Part shown: piece after piece, positions 26,701 through 35,626 of the stretch | Numbering within the stretch: the stretch's first letter is position 1 | Layout: every line of letters starts with the position of its first letter | NCBI GenBank assembly: GCA_014799845.1 | Contig: JAAVHF010000050.1 | Location: 1,935 to 65,934 of the forward strand | DNA: 64,000 nucleotides | Source of the DNA: Oscillibacter sp. | GTDB lineage: Bacteria > Bacillota > Clostridia > Oscillospirales > Oscillospiraceae | Direction: 5' to 3' | Translations under genes and position numbers: made by a program | The notes under the pieces: generated by a model | What the model saw: only the letters and a program-made list of their open reading frames with translations | Told to the model about the DNA's origin: nothing | The model's database searches: none

Positions 26701-27609
26701 TTAACCCTTCACCGCGCCGGCCATGAAGCCCTTCTCGAAGTACTTCTGGACGTACGGATAGGCGATCAGCATGGGGACGGCCGCCACGATCATGGAGCAG
26801 AATTTAATGAGCTCTGTCTGCTTGTTCAGCTCGGCGTAGCCGCCGGAGATCATGGCCGCCTGTTCCTGCGCGGCGGAGCTCTTCATCAGGATGCCGCGCA
26901 GCACCAGGGGCAGGGGCTGGCCCTTGCCGCCCAGGTAAATCATGGCGGTGAACCAGTCGTTCCAGTAGGCCACCATGGCGAATACCGCCTGGACGGCCAG
27001 GATGGGCAGGGACAGGGGGATGACCACGCTGAGGAAGGTGCGGAACTTGGAGCAGCCGTCGATCTCGCTGGCCTCCACCAGGTCGTGGGGGATGGAGTTC
27101 TGGAAGTAGTTGCGGACCACGATCATGTTGCCCACGCCCACGCCGCCGGGGAGGAACAGGGACCACATGCTGCCCATGAGGCCGGTCTGCTTGACTACCA
27201 AATAAGTGGGGATCAGGCCGCCGCCGAAGTACATGGTGAACACGAAGAACAGGCTGATGAACTTGCGGCCCGGCAGATCCTTGTTGGCCAGAGGATAGGC
27301 GGTGATGTAGAGCATGATGACGGAGAAGCAGGTACCGATGACGGTATACTTCACGGAGTTGAGGAAGCCGGAGACGATGTTCGGGTCGGCGAACACCGCC
27401 GTGTAGCCGCTGAGGGTGAAACCGCTGGGCAGCAGGAAGGTCTTGCCCGCGTACACGTCGTAGGGGTCGGAAACGGAGGCGACGAGCACGTAGTAAAGCG
27501 GATAGGCTACAATAATCAGGGCGATGGCGCAGATGGCCACCAGGATGATATCGCTGGTCTTGTCGGACATACCGGCAGATTTTTTCTTTGCAGCAGTTGC
27601 GCTTGCCAT
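26701..27609 (-). CDS. carbohydrate ABC transporter permease
   Basis: It has six predicted TM segments and an EAA-like loop (EASEIDGCSKFRTFLSVVIP). Confidence 0.85.
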   Translation of the reverse strand: MASATAAKKKSAGMSDKTSDIILVAICAIALIIVAYPLYYVLVASVSDPYDVYAGKTFLLPSGFTLSGYTAVFADPNIVSGFLNSVKYTVIGTCFSVIMLYITAYPLANKDLPGRKFISLFFVFTMYFGGGLIPTYLVVKQTGLMGSMWSLFLPGGVGVGNMIVVRNYFQNSIPHDLVEASEIDGCSKFRTFLSVVIPLSLPILAVQAVFAMVAYWNDWFTAMIYLGGKGQPLPLVLRGILMKSSAAQEQAAMISGGYAELNKQTELIKFCSMIVAAVPMLIAYPYVQKYFEKGFMAGAVKG

Positions 27610-27625
27610 TTCTCAGTTCCCTCCT

Positions 27626-28618
27626 TTACACGAATTCCACGTCCGAGGCCTTGGACGCGATCTTGTTGACGATGATGAGCAGTACGATGTTGATAGCCGT
27701 GTTGAACAGGCCCACGGCGGTGGAGTAGCTGTACTTGGCCTGCTCGATACCTTGCTGGTACACGTAGACGGCGATCACGTCGGACGTGGCCTTGTTCAGG
27801 TCGGTCTGGAGCAGCCAGACCTTCTCGAAGCCGACATTCATGATGCCGCCGGCGGCCATGATCAGGTTCAGGATCACCATGGGCAGCAGCTCGGGGATAT
27901 CGATGTTCAGGATGCGCTGGAACACCGACGCGCCGTCCATCTTGGCCGCCTCATAGAGGCCGGGGTCCACGTTGGCCAGGGTGGCTAAGTAAATGATACA
28001 GCCCCAGCCCGCATCCTGCCAGATGCCGGAGGCGATGTAGATGGTGCGGAAGTACTCCGAATGGGTAAGGAAGTCGATCTGGGTGCCCAGGATCAGGTTC
28101 AGCAGACCGCCGGTGGGGCTGAGGAAGATCTGGATCATACCGCAGATAACCATGACGGAGATGAAATGCGGGGCGTACAGGACGGTCTGGACGATCCGCT
28201 TGAACTTCTGGAAGCGGACCTGGTTGATGATGAGGGACAGGATGATGGGAATGGGGAAGCTCCACAGCAGGCCGAAGAGGCTGATGAGCACCGTGTTCTT
28301 CATCATTCTCCAGAAGGTGGGGGCCTTGAAGAACCGGGTGAACCAGCTGAAGCCCACCCACTCGCTGCGGAGATAGCCCAGGTTGGGATCGAAGTCCCGG
28401 AAGGCGATCTGAATACCGTACATGGGGATATATTTGTAGACCAGAGTCAGAATCACCGGGATTGCCAGCAGCGCGTACAGCTGCCAGTTATCCAGGATTC
28501 TTTGTCCCAGCGTCTTCCCATGACGCTGGGACAGGGCGGCAGAGCCTGCCGCCGAGATCCGTCCGCCCTGAGGCAGGCCCGGATCGGGGGAGCGCATGAT
28601 CTTTTTGCTGTCTTTCAT
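27626..28618 (-). CDS. carbohydrate ABC transporter permease
   Basis: It has an EAA-like loop (EAAKMDGASVFQRILNIDIP). ATG 28618 (MKDSKK) is preceded by AAGGAAG; the track ORF starts three codons earlier at a GTG. Confidence 0.85.
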   Translation of the reverse strand: MKDSKKIMRSPDPGLPQGGRISAAGSAALSQRHGKTLGQRILDNWQLYALLAIPVILTLVYKYIPMYGIQIAFRDFDPNLGYLRSEWVGFSWFTRFFKAPTFWRMMKNTVLISLFGLLWSFPIPIILSLIINQVRFQKFKRIVQTVLYAPHFISVMVICGMIQIFLSPTGGLLNLILGTQIDFLTHSEYFRTIYIASGIWQDAGWGCIIYLATLANVDPGLYEAAKMDGASVFQRILNIDIPELLPMVILNLIMAAGGIMNVGFEKVWLLQTDLNKATSDVIAVYVYQQGIEQAKYSYSTAVGLFNTAINIVLLIIVNKIASKASDVEFV

Positions 28619-28727
28619 GTGACTCACTTCCTTAAAACACGTATTTTTCCGATAGGAATACAGGCACGCTTGCGGCGACCACCTCCCGCAGTCGGTATAG
28701 TAGAAACTGGCGCTTCAGGGCATTTCG

Positions 28728-28739
28728 TATAACGTTTCA
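28728..28739. promoter_or_regulatory. candidate LacI-family operator or leader-RNA pairing element (tATAACGTTTCA)
   Basis: ATAACGTTTCA at 28729-28739 is the exact reverse complement of TGAAACGTTAT at 28785-28795. It resembles the TGAAA-CG-TTTCA type of LacI box. Confidence 0.4.
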
Positions 28740-28784
28740 TTTTGAATTTCAAAAGAAACCGGCATCAATTGCCGGGCGATCTTG

Positions 28785-28796
28785 TGAAACGTTATT
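28785..28796. promoter_or_regulatory. candidate LacI-family operator or leader-RNA pairing element (TGAAACGTTATt)
   Basis: It is the inverted partner of 28729-28739. It lies just downstream of the predicted -10 of the ABC operon promoter. Confidence 0.4.
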
Positions 28797-28810
28797 TTTA
28801 AGATATCCTT

Positions 28811-28839
28811 ATCTTACCAAACTGTGCCGGTGCTGTCAA
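28811..28839 (-). promoter_or_regulatory. sigma-70-type promoter of the fructan ABC operon
   Basis: The minus strand reads TTGACA, 17 nt, TAAGAT, with TGg immediately upstream of the -10. Confidence 0.5.
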
Positions 28840-28960
28840 GCAGATTTTTCCGGTTTTTTGCTCAGATACCCATTTTTCACGTTTTTAACAAACTATGAAC
28901 GTGGTTTTTGTTGACAATCACAAAACGTATCGTTTCATGAAAAAAATTCTGAAAATCACT

Positions 28961-28989
28961 TTACATTTCACGTGAACATCTGGTATGAT
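28961..28989 (+). promoter_or_regulatory. sigma-70-type promoter of the LacI-family regulator gene
   Basis: TTACAT, 17 nt, TATGAT, preceded by TGg (extended -10). Confidence 0.45.
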
Positions 28990-29030
28990 AGGTGCGCAAG
29001 GAAAACCTACCCATAAATCCACAAACAAAA

Positions 29031-29042
29031 TGAAATGTTTCA
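29031..29042. promoter_or_regulatory. palindromic candidate operator TGAAA-TG-TTTCA between the promoter and the RBS of the LacI gene
   Basis: The arms are 5 bp, extendable to 7 bp (aaTGAAAtgTTTCAtt, 29029-29044). It lies 9 nt upstream of the AGGAG RBS. Confidence 0.45.
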
Positions 29043-29063
29043 TTATAATAAGGAGTGAACATC

Positions 29064-30044
29064 ATGAAAAACAGCCCGCCCACCATGAAGGATGTGGCAC
29101 AGGAGGCGGGGGTGGCCTTGGGCACAGTGTCCAAGGTCATCAACGGCATTCCTGTAGGAGAGAGCTACCGTATAAAAGTGGAGGATGCCGCAAAGAAGCT
29201 GGGCTACCAGGTGAATCAATATGCCCGGGGCCTGAAGACCAATAAAACCAACACTGTAGCGGTAATCCTGCCGGGGGTGAACCACCCCTTTTTCGCCAGT
29301 CTGGCCCAGCATATCTGTGAGGCGCTGGCCCGGCGGGACTACCGGATGCTGCTGTACGTCACCGCCTCCAATCCTGAAATCGAGCAAGCGTGTGTAAACA
29401 TGGTCCGGCAGAACAAGGCGGACGGCATCATTGGACTGACCTACAACCCGCTGGTAGTGGACGAGGACCTGCCCTTTGTAGGCATTGACCGCAGTTTCCG
29501 CCCCGACATCCCCTGCGTGTCCTCCGACAATTACAGCGGCGGGCGGATAGCGGCGGAGAAGCTGATAGAGCTGGGGTGCAGGCATCTGGCCTTTCTCCGC
29601 ACCGGCTCCGCCAAGCCCGGCGAGGCAGACAAGCGGGGCGACGGCTTCGAGGCGGCCTGCCGCTCCCGGAACGTCCCGTATGAGACCCTGCGCCTCAACG
29701 ACGGGGAAGACTGGGAGCTGTTCCGGGACTTCTTCCACTCTCATATAAAAGGGGACAGGCTGGAAATCGACGGCATTTTCTGCTCCACGGATCTGGTGGC
29801 ATGGAGGATGAAGAACATTCTGGAGGAAATGGGCTTCCGGGTACCGGAGGACGTGCAGATCATCGGATTTGACGGCATCCGCCGCTTTGGCGGCGAATCC
29901 CTCTACTGCTCCACCATCGTCCAGCCCATACAGAAAATCGCGGAGACCGCCGTTGACCTGCTGTTGACAAAGGACCGGACGAACATTCCCGCCCTGGTGT
30001 GTCTTCCTGTCGCGTATACCCCCGGCGGAACTACAAAAGAATAG
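29064..30044 (+). CDS. LacI-family transcriptional regulator
   Basis: The N-terminal HTH is PTMKDVAQEAGVALGTVSKVINGIP, and a periplasmic-binding-fold sugar domain follows. ATG 29064 lies 8 nt after AGGAG. Confidence 0.9.
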   Translation: MKNSPPTMKDVAQEAGVALGTVSKVINGIPVGESYRIKVEDAAKKLGYQVNQYARGLKTNKTNTVAVILPGVNHPFFASLAQHICEALARRDYRMLLYVTASNPEIEQACVNMVRQNKADGIIGLTYNPLVVDEDLPFVGIDRSFRPDIPCVSSDNYSGGRIAAEKLIELGCRHLAFLRTGSAKPGEADKRGDGFEAACRSRNVPYETLRLNDGEDWELFRDFFHSHIKGDRLEIDGIFCSTDLVAWRMKNILEEMGFRVPEDVQIIGFDGIRRFGGESLYCSTIVQPIQKIAETAVDLLLTKDRTNIPALVCLPVAYTPGGTTKE

Positions 30045-30055
30045 GAGGGCCCGCT

Positions 30056-30772
30056 ATGGCCAGTGAGTATTTGAAGAAGAAGTATCAGGATGTGAAGCCC
30101 GATGTTAAGAGGGAGCTTACGCCGGCGGAAAAACGGAAGAACTGGTGGTATTACCACAAGTGGCACGTTGTAATCTGCGTGGGCCTGCTGGCAATTTTGG
30201 GCAGCATTGTGTGGAATGCCCTGCATCAGGTCAAGCCGGATTACCAGATTGCCTACGTGGGGACGAATGCGCTGCCGGACGATACCGCCGCCGCCGTGGA
30301 AGCCTGTTTCGCCGCTTTAGGGGAGGATCTGAACGGCGACGGGGAAGTCGTGGTGCAGATGGTGCAGTACGCGTCCTCCGATGAATCGGACCCGCAGACC
30401 GTCATGGCCGCCGAGGTGCGGCTGATGGCTGATCTGACATCGCATGAGAGTTATTTCTTCCTGTTGGAGGACCCGGAGCAGTTCCAGCGGAGCTACCGCA
30501 CTCTGCGCCGGTTGGACGGCTCCCTTCCGGCAGACGGAGATGATTCCGCCGAAGGGACATATCTTGCCTGGGAGCAGTGTCCGGTGCTGGCGCGGATTGA
30601 CCTGGGTGAATATACGTACGCACTGATGGGCGGAACAGCGTCGGGCAGCAGCAATGAGCTGTTATCTAATCTGTATATCGCCCGCCGGGGATTCTGGACA
30701 GAAGAAGACGCCCCATACCCGGAGGGGTGCAATGCGCTGTGGGAAAAAATCACGGAAGGAGCGCTCTCATGA
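30056..30772 (+). CDS. membrane-anchored protein of unknown function
   Basis: It has a single TM (WHVVICVGLLAILGSIVWNAL) after a basic N-terminus, and an acidic extracytoplasmic domain. The RBS is AGGAGGG. Confidence 0.55.
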   Translation: MASEYLKKKYQDVKPDVKRELTPAEKRKNWWYYHKWHVVICVGLLAILGSIVWNALHQVKPDYQIAYVGTNALPDDTAAAVEACFAALGEDLNGDGEVVVQMVQYASSDESDPQTVMAAEVRLMADLTSHESYFFLLEDPEQFQRSYRTLRRLDGSLPADGDDSAEGTYLAWEQCPVLARIDLGEYTYALMGGTASGSSNELLSNLYIARRGFWTEEDAPYPEGCNALWEKITEGALS

Positions 30773-31353
30773 AGAAATCTCTGTTTGTTTTGCTGCTGGC
30801 GGGCTGCGTTTGTCTGGCGGGCTGCGCGCAGACCCCAACCGCCGCAGCGGACGGCGCCGCCTGGAGCGATGATTGGATTACCGTAGGCGGCATTATAGGC
30901 GTGGATACGCCGGACGGGATCGATCATCAGGAGAACAATGACTCCTTGTCTATCAGGGGAATGTATTATGCCACCTGGTCTATAGGCGAGGCGGAGTCTT
31001 ACACCAACGAGGACGGCGATGACGCGCAGCTATATGACGCACAGATTTATCTCCTGCTGGCCGGGTACGACGCGGCGAAGAAGGCGGAAGAGAGCGCGGC
31101 GGAGTGGCAGGCCATGGCCAATGACCGCTACGCGGTAGATCAATCTCTGTCCACAACCTGCAACAGTCAGGATTTTACCGTACTGACCTACGCTTTTGAC
31201 TCCGAAGCTAACCCCTACGCCAAGGGCGCATCGGCTTTCGGGGTATACCGGAACTATGCAATCAGCGTGGAGTTGTCCTGCCGGGAGAACTTTACCGGCA
31301 ACCCGCTGGAGATCCTCACGGATTTCCTGGAACACTGTCACTACAGCATTTGA
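30769..31353 (+). CDS. lipoprotein of unknown function
   Basis: MKKSLFVLLLAGCVCLAGCAQT is a lipobox. It is ATGA-coupled to the upstream gene. Confidence 0.6.
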   Translation: MKKSLFVLLLAGCVCLAGCAQTPTAAADGAAWSDDWITVGGIIGVDTPDGIDHQENNDSLSIRGMYYATWSIGEAESYTNEDGDDAQLYDAQIYLLLAGYDAAKKAEESAAEWQAMANDRYAVDQSLSTTCNSQDFTVLTYAFDSEANPYAKGASAFGVYRNYAISVELSCRENFTGNPLEILTDFLEHCHYSI

Positions 31354-31366
31354 GGAGGAGCCGGCT

Positions 31367-32122
31367 ATGGGCATGTTTTATCGGGATGACCCGCATATCA
31401 ATGAGAACGAGCGCCAGACCGGGTTTTACCGCTACCGCCAATTACTGAACACCCGCTTTGGCCGGTGGTGGATGGTCAATTTTCTGACTCTCATCGGCTT
31501 TATTCCTCTGGCAGCGGGGATCGTTTACGCCGTAGGGGCCAGCAGCGTCCTGGTCCTTCTGCCCTGCTCCATCCTGGGCGGTATGATCGCGGGCCCCTTT
31601 CTGGCAGGGATGTACGACGCGCTGTTCAGAGGCTTTCGGGATGACCCGATGCCCTGGAAGGACGCCTACGTTCGGTCCTGGAAACAGAACTGGAAGGGCA
31701 GCCTGGTCCCCGGCGCGCTGCTGGGCCTGATGCTGGGACTGTACGCCTTTATGGGCATGCTGTTCTGGTGGGCAGAGACTCCGCCATCTTCAGGAACGGT
31801 GGCGCTGTATCTGTGTTCCCTGCTGCTGGTGCTGGTGGTCAATTCCCTGTACTGGCCGCAGCTGATACTGTTCAACCAGCGGACAGGCATCAGGCTGCGC
31901 AACTGCATGCTGTTTTGTATCCAGTACTTCTGGCGGGTGATGGGCGCAGGATTATTGCAGCTGGCCTACTTGGCGCTGCTTGTCCTGTTTGCGCCGTGGT
32001 CCCTGCTCCTGCTGCTGGTAACGGGCATGTGGTATATCCTATTTCTCGCACAATTCCTGCTATATGAACAAATGGACAACGCCTTCCATATCGAGGAGCT
32101 GTATGACAGGGCGGAGCCATAA
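31367..32122 (+). CDS. YesL/DUF624-like integral membrane protein
   Basis: It is polytopic. The N-terminal RFGRWWMVNFLTLIGFIPLAAG pattern and the overall size are typical of DUF624 proteins found in sugar ABC loci. Confidence 0.55.
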   Translation: MGMFYRDDPHINENERQTGFYRYRQLLNTRFGRWWMVNFLTLIGFIPLAAGIVYAVGASSVLVLLPCSILGGMIAGPFLAGMYDALFRGFRDDPMPWKDAYVRSWKQNWKGSLVPGALLGLMLGLYAFMGMLFWWAETPPSSGTVALYLCSLLLVLVVNSLYWPQLILFNQRTGIRLRNCMLFCIQYFWRVMGAGLLQLAYLALLVLFAPWSLLLLLVTGMWYILFLAQFLLYEQMDNAFHIEELYDRAEP

Positions 32123-32535
32123 AAGCATAAGAATCGTGACCACCGGCAAAAGATGCGGCGGTCACGATTTTCTTCTTCTCCATGCGGGCAGCAGTGGACA
32201 CAGGGACACTCAGATGGACAGGCATATTGTTCTCATAGTGCGACACTATTTGTTGAAGAACAGCTTGATAACATAACTGGCAGTATCTATGCACTCCCTT
32301 CAGAAAGTCTATCTCCTGCGCGCCGCTATGGTAGTCATTCCAATATCCGCCGCAGCGTAATCCTTTCCATTGCTTTCTGTGCCGCAGCGCCAGCGAGTAC
32401 GTCCTCCCGTCGTCCGCAGGAAGGCCAATTTTCTCAAATACCATCCTGCACATGCTCTACGAACAGGCTAAAAATCCCCTCTCAAAGCCTCCGTCCCATA
32501 TTCTCGGTTTTAGCGCTGCAAGAAAATACTCCGTA

Positions 32536-33315
32536 TTAAAGAAATCGGTAATGCTGCAATGCCCGTTGTATGCCATCCCGATCTGGAGCAGGCGCAACAT
32601 ATTCCGCGATTTCTTTCAGCGGATCAAATCCATTTTCCATAGCAATCCCATGGGGTACAGCCGCAAGCATGTCCATATCGTTGTATCCATCACCAAAAGC
32701 GTAGGCATTTTCCGCATCTATACCAAAATATCGCAGGCACCAGCCAATCGCCACTGATTTTCCTGCCTTTTTACTGATAAGATTGCAGAGATAGGGGTGG
32801 GACCAGTTAGTGACATACTCCTCCAGCATCCCGGCAAAAAGCGGCTGTTCCTTCTCGGTGATGTACAGGCAGGCCTGATAAACCGGATCCGCGGCCTCGA
32901 AACCCGGCTTGACCAAAGGAATATCTCCCTGAAAATCCTGCCAGACTGTCCGCACACGATTATTTACCCCACTGATAACCAATCCTTGAAAATTATAGCC
33001 GCCATAGACGATATCCCGCTCTTTTGCCCGGTTAAAAAGCGCCTGCGTATCCAAATCCGGCAGGCGCCGCTCAAACACGAGCTTTCCCTGATGATAGATA
33101 ATCTGCCCGTTCAGCAGACAGACGGTATCCGGCAGGCAAACAAATTCCGATTGGAACAACGGCAGGGATTCGTTCCCTCTTCCCGAAATCAGTACGACAA
33201 CGTGTCCCTGCCGTTTCAGCGTCTCCAACGATTCCAGCGCGCTGGGTGGAATCCGCTTGCTCTGGTGGGAATACAGCGTGTTGTCAAAATCGAAAAAGAA
33301 TATACTTTTAGCCAT
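32536..33315 (-). CDS. Cof-type HAD-IIB phosphatase
   Basis: Motifs: FFFDFDNTLY (DxD), ISGRG, FGDGYNDMDML. The start is set at MAKSIFFF (ATG 33315) because the longer ORF would run through the upstream terminator hairpin. Confidence 0.85.
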   Translation of the reverse strand: MAKSIFFFDFDNTLYSHQSKRIPPSALESLETLKRQGHVVVLISGRGNESLPLFQSEFVCLPDTVCLLNGQIIYHQGKLVFERRLPDLDTQALFNRAKERDIVYGGYNFQGLVISGVNNRVRTVWQDFQGDIPLVKPGFEAADPVYQACLYITEKEQPLFAGMLEEYVTNWSHPYLCNLISKKAGKSVAIGWCLRYFGIDAENAYAFGDGYNDMDMLAAVPHGIAMENGFDPLKEIAEYVAPAPDRDGIQRALQHYRFL

Positions 33316-33331
33316 ATCATTCTCTCCAAAA

Positions 33332-33367
33332 ATGCAGGGGAATATATGCAATTATATTCCCCTGCAT
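33332..33367 (-). terminator. rho-independent terminator or attenuator between the SBP and HAD genes
   Basis: It has a 15-bp stem (atgcaggggaatata / tatattcccctgcat) and a 6-nt loop. On the minus strand it is followed by TTTTT. Confidence 0.65.
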
Positions 33368-33377
33368 GGTATTCCAC

Positions 33378-34754
33378 TTATTTTACCTGCGCAACGGCGT
33401 CAGCGATGGCGGAATCAATGTTCTGGCCGCCGATGATGACAGCCTTCCACATGCTGCCGGCCGCCGCGGCCAGAGAAGCCGTTACATCCGTCATGGCCTC
33501 GTAGGTCATGTAATCCGCCATGTCCATTGCCGCCCTGATCTCCAGCGCGGTGTAATAGGTTTTGCTTCCGTCGTTGGGCGTGTCCAAGAAGACCTTGTAC
33601 TCCGCGTTGTTCTCCATGGTGCTGGTGATGGGTAGGTTGCCGGTGGCGATCAGCCACTCCGCGTTCTGGTCGTCGCGGCTGAGGAACTTGATGAGCAGCC
33701 ACGCGGCTACCCGTTCCTCCTCGCTGGCGTTGGAGAAGATGCAGTAGTCCTCTCCTCTGGTAAAGACGACCTTATGGGAGGCGTCCTTCTGCGGCAGGGG
33801 CGCGATGCCGACCTCGAACAGCTCCTGGCCCTTCTCCGGATCAGGAATGGTGTACTGGGCGCCGGCAGCAGAACCAACATACATATAGCATTCTTTATTT
33901 GCAAAACCGTTGCTGGAGTAGTTGCCGCCATTGGAGCTGGGCAGATCGGAGGGCATGGTGAAATAGCCCGCGTCGTAGTTTTCCTTATAGAACCGGAGGG
34001 CTTCTCTGGACGCGTCGTTATCAATGGACACCGCGCCTTCATCATCAATATACGGACTGCCCCACTGCATGCTCAGCAGGTGGAAAGCCCCCTCGCCGTA
34101 GGCGACGTCATAGCTGAAGCCCGGCACGCCGGTGTCCTCCCTGATCTGCCTGCTGTAAGCGGCCACCTCATCCCAGGTGGCGGGAGCGTCCCAACCCTTG
34201 GAATCGAAGTAGGTCTTGTTGTAGAACAGGACCTCGGTTGTCTTTTTGTTGGTAGGGAAGCCATACATGGTGCCTTCACCGCCAAAGCTCTGGGCCTCGG
34301 CGATAAAGTTCTGCAGAAAGGCCGCCCGTTCCTCCGCGGTAAAGCCCACTTGGGCGTCCTCATAGTAAGGAGCCAGGTCGATGATGGCGCCGCTGTCTAT
34401 ATACTCTTTAAAATAAGTGGGATTGATGTTGGACAGCGTAGGGGTGGACTTGGAGACGATATTCTGAGTAAGCTTGTCCATCAGATCGGTAACGGGTCCC
34501 TGATTCTGGAAGTCCACATGGATGTTGGGGTACTCCTCCTGAAAGGCGTTCACAATGGCCTCCAGGTAGGGGAAATTGGCCGCGCCGGTGCCGGTCCAGA
34601 AGGAGATATTGACCTCCTCCTTGTCCACCAGCACCTTCGTGATAGCCGAAGAGGCGTCCTGGCTGTCAGCGCTGGGTTTTTCGCCGCCGCACCCGCTGAC
34701 GATCAGGGAAAGGCACATGCACAGAGCAAGCATCATGGCAAAGGGTCGTTTCAT
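33378..34754 (-). CDS. CUT1-family extracellular solute-binding lipoprotein
   Basis: The lipobox is LSLIVSGCGG after MKRPFAMML (ATG 34754). It has the size and composition of UgpB/MalE-like binding proteins. Confidence 0.8.
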   Translation of the reverse strand: MKRPFAMMLALCMCLSLIVSGCGGEKPSADSQDASSAITKVLVDKEEVNISFWTGTGAANFPYLEAIVNAFQEEYPNIHVDFQNQGPVTDLMDKLTQNIVSKSTPTLSNINPTYFKEYIDSGAIIDLAPYYEDAQVGFTAEERAAFLQNFIAEAQSFGGEGTMYGFPTNKKTTEVLFYNKTYFDSKGWDAPATWDEVAAYSRQIREDTGVPGFSYDVAYGEGAFHLLSMQWGSPYIDDEGAVSIDNDASREALRFYKENYDAGYFTMPSDLPSSNGGNYSSNGFANKECYMYVGSAAGAQYTIPDPEKGQELFEVGIAPLPQKDASHKVVFTRGEDYCIFSNASEEERVAAWLLIKFLSRDDQNAEWLIATGNLPITSTMENNAEYKVFLDTPNDGSKTYYTALEIRAAMDMADYMTYEAMTDVTASLAAAAGSMWKAVIIGGQNIDSAIADAVAQVK

Positions 34755-34801
34755 TTTCTGTTCCTCCATTCCTTTTTTGCACAAAACTTGTTTGGGGACC
34801 G

Positions 34802-35626
34802 CTATCCCTTGATACCGCCCTTGGTCACGCCGGAGAGAATATACTTCCGGAACAGGACAAAGGCCAGGATCAACGGAATGGTGACCATGGTTGCTGCCGC
34901 CATCTGGAGCTCATAGGCAATCTCGCCGGAGCTCTGGGTGAAGGCATTTTTCAGGCCGTTGGAAATAAGCCGCAGGGCGTCATTTGTGGTTACCAGGTTG
35001 GGCCAGGCGAAGGTGTTCCAGATCCAGATAAGGGACAGGAGCATGGATGTGAAGATCGAGGACTTCACCTGGGGGATGACAACCTTGATTAAAAAGCGGA
35101 AATTGGTCAGGCCGTCTATCCTGGCGGCAATATACAGCTCGTTGGGAATCTGCTTCATGTTCTGCCGCATCAGGTAGATATGCGAGGCATTGATACAGTA
35201 GGGAAGAATCAGCGCCTGGTAGGTGTTCATCCAGCCCCAGTCGGCAATGGTTTTAAAGTTCGTGATAATCAGCATCTCCTGGGGAATCATCATGGTTGCC
35301 AGGGTGATGAAAAAGAGCACGTCCTTTCCCGGAAAATCCAGCCTTGCGTAAGCAAAGGCGGAGAGAATGCTGACGACGGTGCTGAAGAGGACAACTGCGG
35401 CGGCCACGATCACCGTATTCAGAAAATACCGCAGAAAGGGCGCCATCTGCAGCGCTTTCAGGTAATTGTCCAGGCGTATGCTGTGGGGATACAAAGTCGA
35501 GGGGATCATTGCCACCTCGGCACCGGATTTCAGTGAGGTGGCAACCATCCAGTAAAAGGGAACCAGCACCATAAAAAGGACCGCCAGCAGGAATATCCGG
35601 CCCCATACTTTTCCGGACTTATTCAT
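34802..35626 (-). CDS. CUT1 ABC transporter permease (MalG/UgpE-like)
   Basis: MNKSGKVWGRIFLLAVLFMVLVPFYWMV is a typical start. The EAA loop is IAARIDGLTNFRFLIKVVIP. ATG 35626 overlaps the upstream stop. The 421-aa track ORF is an artefactual N-terminal extension. Confidence 0.85.
   Translation of the reverse strand: MNKSGKVWGRIFLLAVLFMVLVPFYWMVATSLKSGAEVAMIPSTLYPHSIRLDNYLKALQMAPFLRYFLNTVIVAAAVVLFSTVVSILSAFAYARLDFPGKDVLFFITLATMMIPQEMLIITNFKTIADWGWMNTYQALILPYCINASHIYLMRQNMKQIPNELYIAARIDGLTNFRFLIKVVIPQVKSSIFTSMLLSLIWIWNTFAWPNLVTTNDALRLISNGLKNAFTQSSGEIAYELQMAAATMVTIPLILAFVLFRKYILSGVTKGGIKG

Noticed and set aside
28728-28796. Catabolite-responsive elements (cre, CcpA sites).
   Set aside because: The boxes have five rather than six bases before the central CG when aligned to TGWAANCGNTNWCA, so they fit the cre consensus poorly. 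I treat them as candidate sites for the local LacI regulator or as RNA-pairing elements.
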